From positions 3,424,001 to 3,488,000 of the forward strand of contig OY970368.1 in the NCBI GenBank assembly GCA_963718615.1: a stretch of 64,000 nucleotides of DNA, in the 5' to 3' direction. The position numbers and the translations under genes are program-made. Source of the DNA: an uncultured cyanobacterium. Its GTDB lineage: Bacteria > Cyanobacteriota > Cyanobacteriia > PCC-9006 > JAAUQQ01. Under the pieces are notes generated by a model. The model saw only the letters and a program-made list of their open reading frames with translations. It was not told the origin of the DNA and did no database searches. This document shows positions 60,124 through 64,000 of the stretch, piece by piece (the first letter of the stretch is position 1; each line of letters begins with the position of its first letter).

Positions 60124-62367
60124 ATGGAATCTCAGTACAGCCCCTCCCAGTACCATCCCGAAGAAGTCAACATTCAAAAATATTTTGATGTTCTTCGTCG
60201 TCGTTGGCCCATTGCGCTAGTTATTTTCGGAACATCCCTGGGCCTAGCCAGCGTTGCCGCCAGTTTGCAGGCTCCTAGCTACAAAGCCGAAGGCAATTTG
60301 CTATTTGAACTGAACCGCACCTCTTCCCTCTTGGAAGTTAACAGCAGTCTTGAGCAGCTCAAATCGCTCAATGCCAAAACGAGTCCGCTCAATACCCAGG
60401 CCGTAATTTTGCAGTCGGCTCCCATTTTAGAAACTGCGATTGATGAGCTGAAGCTGCGCAATGACAAAGGCAAGCGCCTAGAACCGAAAGATATTCTAGA
60501 GAACCTCACGGTTGAAACAGTCGTCGGCACAGATGTCTTGAAGGTGTCCTACAAGGCCAAGAACCCAGAGCTAGCGGCCAGTTTGGTCAATCACGTCATG
60601 CAGGCTTATTTGGCCAATGACATTCTCAATAACCGAGCCGAATCACGGGCGGCCCGAGAGTTTATTACCAGTCAACTGCCCACCACGGAACAGGCGGTGG
60701 ACCAGGCGGCAGAAGCGCTGCGTCAGTTTCTGGAGCAAAATCAAATTGTTTCCCTGCAAGCGGAGTCCGGTCGTTTGGTCTCGCTGATGAGCGAATTGGA
60801 TTCTAAAATTAATGGAGCCCAGGCCCAGTTACTGGATCTCAATGCCCAGATCCAAGAGCTCAACCGCCAAGCGGGGCTTCCCGCCGATCAGGCCGTGCCG
60901 CTGAATGCCCTGAATCAGTCTAAAGGGGTGCAGGAGGTGCTGGGACAACTGCAATCAGCCCAACAGCGACTAGCCCAGGCCCGGACGCTGTACACGGATA
61001 ATAATCCGAAGGTGGCGGCACTGCGGGATGAAGAGACGGCGCTGCGATCGCTCCTCTCCCAACGGGTTACCGAAATCGTAGGGACCAGCGCCGGGGTGAC
61101 GCCGGGGCTTTTGCAATTGGGTCCTTTGCAGCAAAGTCTGGCCTCCAAGCTCGTGGAAAATCAGGTGACCCGTCAAGGGCTCGAACAGCAGCTCCGGGCG
61201 TTGCTCGAAGTGCGAGAGCTTTATCGCAACAAGGCAACCCTGATTCCCGCGTTGCAAAAGCGTCAGGAAGAGCTGGAGCGCAAGCTCAATGCGGCCCAGG
61301 GCATCTATGAATCGCTGCTGAAAAAACTGCAGGAAATTCGGGTTGCGGAAAACCAAAATGTGGGGAATGCCCGCATTATTCAAGCCGCAAAGGTCCCGCG
61401 TACATCGAGTTCAAAGCTGGCCCCGCTCCTGCTCGGTGGCGGCGGATTTATGGGCCTGACCTTGGGCATTGCCGCTGCTTTTTTGGCGGATCTGCTCGAT
61501 CGCTCTGTGCGTACCGTGGCCGATGCCCAAGCACTCCTGGGGTATCCACTGCTCGGTTTAATCCCCCATTACAAAACCGTTGCGCTCCATGGCCAAGGGG
61601 AGGAAGAGCATTTCGAGGGGATTTCTCCCCGGATCGTGGTGGCCAATTCCCCCCGCTCCATGGTCAACGAGTCCTATCAAATGCTGCGGGCCAATCTCAA
61701 GTTTGCGAGCACTGATCATCCGATTCAAAGTCTCGTGATTACCAGTGCCGTGCCGGGAGAAGGCAAGTCCGAAGTCTCTGCCAATCTGGCCGCAGCCATG
61801 GCCCAAATGGGGCGACGGGTGCTGCTAATTGATGCGGATCTGCGCAGCCCTACCCAGCATCATCTCTGGGGTTTGATGAATGCGGTGGGGTTGAGTAATG
61901 TCATCGTCGGCCAGGAAAAACTAGAGCATGCCATCCAGACCGTAACCAATCGTCTATCGGTGCTGACCGCAGGCGTAGTACCACCTAATCCTATAGCTTT
62001 GCTAGATTCCAATCGCATGGCCCAAATCCTCAAGCTTCTGGCAAAGCAGTATGACTACATCATTTTTGATACGCCGCCCTTGGCAGGCATGGCGGATGCA
62101 GCGGTGCTGGGTACGATGGTGGATGGGCTCTTGCTCGTGGCTCAGCCCGGTGTGGTGAATGTGGATAGTGCAAAAATTGCCAAGCAAATTCTCGAACGCT
62201 CAGCGCCCAACGTGTTGGGATTAGTGGCCAATGGGGTCAACCTCAAACAAAACGGGGATGGGCATTTTTATTATTACAGTCGCGATCGCAACACCCCTCC
62301 CACTCACAAAACCGCAACCCCCTCAGCCTCGTCGCCTCGGAAGCGGCGATCGCTCCTCATGGGATAA
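60124..62367 (+). CDS. Wzc/GumC polysaccharide co-polymerase with tyrosine autokinase domain
   Basis: Two TMs flanking a coiled-coil; ESYQMLRANL, TSAVPGEGKS, LIDADLR, FDTPP; C-terminal FYYY. Confidence 0.92.
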   Translation: MESQYSPSQYHPEEVNIQKYFDVLRRRWPIALVIFGTSLGLASVAASLQAPSYKAEGNLLFELNRTSSLLEVNSSLEQLKSLNAKTSPLNTQAVILQSAPILETAIDELKLRNDKGKRLEPKDILENLTVETVVGTDVLKVSYKAKNPELAASLVNHVMQAYLANDILNNRAESRAAREFITSQLPTTEQAVDQAAEALRQFLEQNQIVSLQAESGRLVSLMSELDSKINGAQAQLLDLNAQIQELNRQAGLPADQAVPLNALNQSKGVQEVLGQLQSAQQRLAQARTLYTDNNPKVAALRDEETALRSLLSQRVTEIVGTSAGVTPGLLQLGPLQQSLASKLVENQVTRQGLEQQLRALLEVRELYRNKATLIPALQKRQEELERKLNAAQGIYESLLKKLQEIRVAENQNVGNARIIQAAKVPRTSSSKLAPLLLGGGGFMGLTLGIAAAFLADLLDRSVRTVADAQALLGYPLLGLIPHYKTVALHGQGEEEHFEGISPRIVVANSPRSMVNESYQMLRANLKFASTDHPIQSLVITSAVPGEGKSEVSANLAAAMAQMGRRVLLIDADLRSPTQHHLWGLMNAVGLSNVIVGQEKLEHAIQTVTNRLSVLTAGVVPPNPIALLDSNRMAQILKLLAKQYDYIIFDTPPLAGMADAAVLGTMVDGLLLVAQPGVVNVDSAKIAKQILERSAPNVLGLVANGVNLKQNGDGHFYYYSRDRNTPPTHKTATPSASSPRKRRSLLMG

Positions 62368-62409
62368 TACAGAAGTCTTTTCGCTGGCGACTTCGCACCC
62401 CACCTTCAG

Positions 62410-63534
62410 ATGGCCCAGTATTTTGCAACCGTGGCTCGGGGCCTAGAACCCCTTGCCGCCCAGGAACTCAAATCCTTGGGTGCCCAAGCCGTCACGCCGG
62501 GGTTTTGCGGGGTGGCCTTTGAGGGAGAGCGATCGCTCCTCTATCGCGTCAATCTCTGGGCTCGGTTGCCTTTCCGCATTTTAGTCAAGCTGGATGAGTT
62601 TTCCTGTCGCGACTCGGGGGATCTATACGCCGGGATCCAGCGGATCGATTGGGAACCCTATCTCACCCCTGAGCAAACCCTAGCGGTGGACGCAACGGGG
62701 AAAAATGCCCAGCTAAACCACAGCCACTTCACCGCGCTACAGGTCAAGAACGCCATTGTTGATCAGCAGCAGGAACGCTGGGGCAGACGCTCAACCGTCG
62801 ATACCTTTGAGCCCGATGTGCGGATTAATATTCACATTCGCCATGACCGCTGTACCGTCAGTCTGGATAGTTCGGGAGAAAGTCTGCATCGTCGGGGGTA
62901 CCGGCCTGCCATGGGCGCAGCCCCGCTGAAAGAATCCTTGGCTGCGGCCCTAATCCAACTGACCGATTGGACGCCAGACCAGGCCTTTTTTGATCCCCTC
63001 TGTGGCTCCGGCACCTTGCCCCTGGAGGCCAGCTTGGTGGCCCTGCGGATTGCACCGGGATTATTTCGCGATCGCTTCGGGTTTGAAACCTGGCCCGATT
63101 TTGACGCCCCGCTGCTCGACCAACTCATCGCCGAAGCGGAAGCCCAACAGCGAGAAGTCACCCCCGCCTGGATTGGGGGCAGCGATAGCAGTGAAGAGGT
63201 GGTTGAACAAGCGCGATCTAACGCGCGCAACTGCGCCGTCGATCGGCAGGTGCAGTTTCAATGCCAGGACCTCAGTGCCATCGAAGCGCCTGCCCAAAGT
63301 GGTGTACTTCTGTGCAATCCGCCCTATGGCGATCGCATTGGCAACCGGGAAGAATTGGGAGATTTGTATAAATTGTTAGGCGATGTGCTCAAACAGCGGT
63401 TTAAGGGATGGACGGCTTATATCCTCAGCGGAAATAAAGAATTGGCCAGCGCCATTCGCCTCAAATCAGCCCAGCGCCTTCCCGTGGACAATGGCGGTAT
63501 CGCCTGTCAACTGATGAAGTATGAGTTATATTAG
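62410..63534 (+). CDS. THUMP-domain SAM-dependent RNA methyltransferase (RlmL-like)
   Basis: YFATVARGLE, SLHRRGYR, APLKESLAA, DPLCGSGT, NPPYG. Confidence 0.92.
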   Translation: MAQYFATVARGLEPLAAQELKSLGAQAVTPGFCGVAFEGERSLLYRVNLWARLPFRILVKLDEFSCRDSGDLYAGIQRIDWEPYLTPEQTLAVDATGKNAQLNHSHFTALQVKNAIVDQQQERWGRRSTVDTFEPDVRINIHIRHDRCTVSLDSSGESLHRRGYRPAMGAAPLKESLAAALIQLTDWTPDQAFFDPLCGSGTLPLEASLVALRIAPGLFRDRFGFETWPDFDAPLLDQLIAEAEAQQREVTPAWIGGSDSSEEVVEQARSNARNCAVDRQVQFQCQDLSAIEAPAQSGVLLCNPPYGDRIGNREELGDLYKLLGDVLKQRFKGWTAYILSGNKELASAIRLKSAQRLPVDNGGIACQLMKYELY

Positions 63535-64000
63535 CGTTGAATGGCCGTTGGTCAGCAGCCCTAGAAATTCCCCAGTCAGCCTTACAAAACAAACGTTACA
63601 GCAAGCATTACAAAATCGTCATCGTCATCGCGGGCACTCTTCCAAACCCGGTTCGTCGGAAACCCTTAGCACCTAGATCTGACTGATAATCTTACGGGCA
63701 ATCTTGCGGGCAATCTCACCGTCAGAGGCTACCTGTATCTGGCCAAACTTCCTGAACGTTTATTAAGCTTCTCATATTGATAAATTTTAGGGTGGCTCTG
63801 GAAATTGCGTAGTCATTGCGCTATTGCCCGCCATACTTTGATTCTTTCACTGTTACTCAGCACGCTCAGGATCATTTACCAGTTTATGTGTACCGCAGGC
63901 CTTCCTTCTGCGCTCTTGCATTGGCATCTCAATGCAATTCGGCCTGAAATTCGACACGAAATTCAGCACAAAATTCAACTTAGGGGCAATCGGGGCAATG

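Noticed and set aside
1-64000. Very frequent GGCGATCGCC / GCGATCGC palindromes
   Set aside because: This is the well-known cyanobacterial HIP1 sequence, useful for taxonomy but not novel.
63535-64000. Possible gene or RNA at the right edge
   Set aside because: No ORF, tRNA or convincing structure, only short micro-duplications; probably the upstream region of the next gene.

Overview
Cyanobacterial chromosomal DNA, judged from dense HIP1 GCGATCGC octamers and the photosynthesis genes psaF/psaJ, petC/petA, psb32 and ocp-crtW-frp. Most of the window is housekeeping genes (ribE, hemJ, cobN, surE, tsaD, gmk, remA, an NFACT/RqcH-family gene, ftsX, rpiA, tatC, pepP, ftsH, a Wzc/GumC-type gene, a THUMP methyltransferase). 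There are two accessory-looking stretches. The first (about 22.7-30.4 kb) has a SWIM/SNF2 pair, a beta-helix lipoprotein and a 5'-deleted amt remnant that keeps an NtcA box. The second (about 47.8-53.5 kb) is AT-richer and has an HTH-NACHT STAND ATPase, an Asp-to-Glu pseudo-receiver, a 43-aa basic microprotein, a complete IS3 element and a fasciclin gene. The most notable unexplained signal is a ~300-nt multi-domain structured RNA candidate (33679-33974, + strand) directly in front of a small RHH-like protein and a terminator. Also notable are a GAF-less CikA-type kinase, tandem ComFB paralogues, an unannotated 35-aa membrane microprotein and pervasive 10-15 bp local micro-duplications. No rRNA, tRNA or CRISPR array was seen. 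All calls are by eye; no database searches were run.
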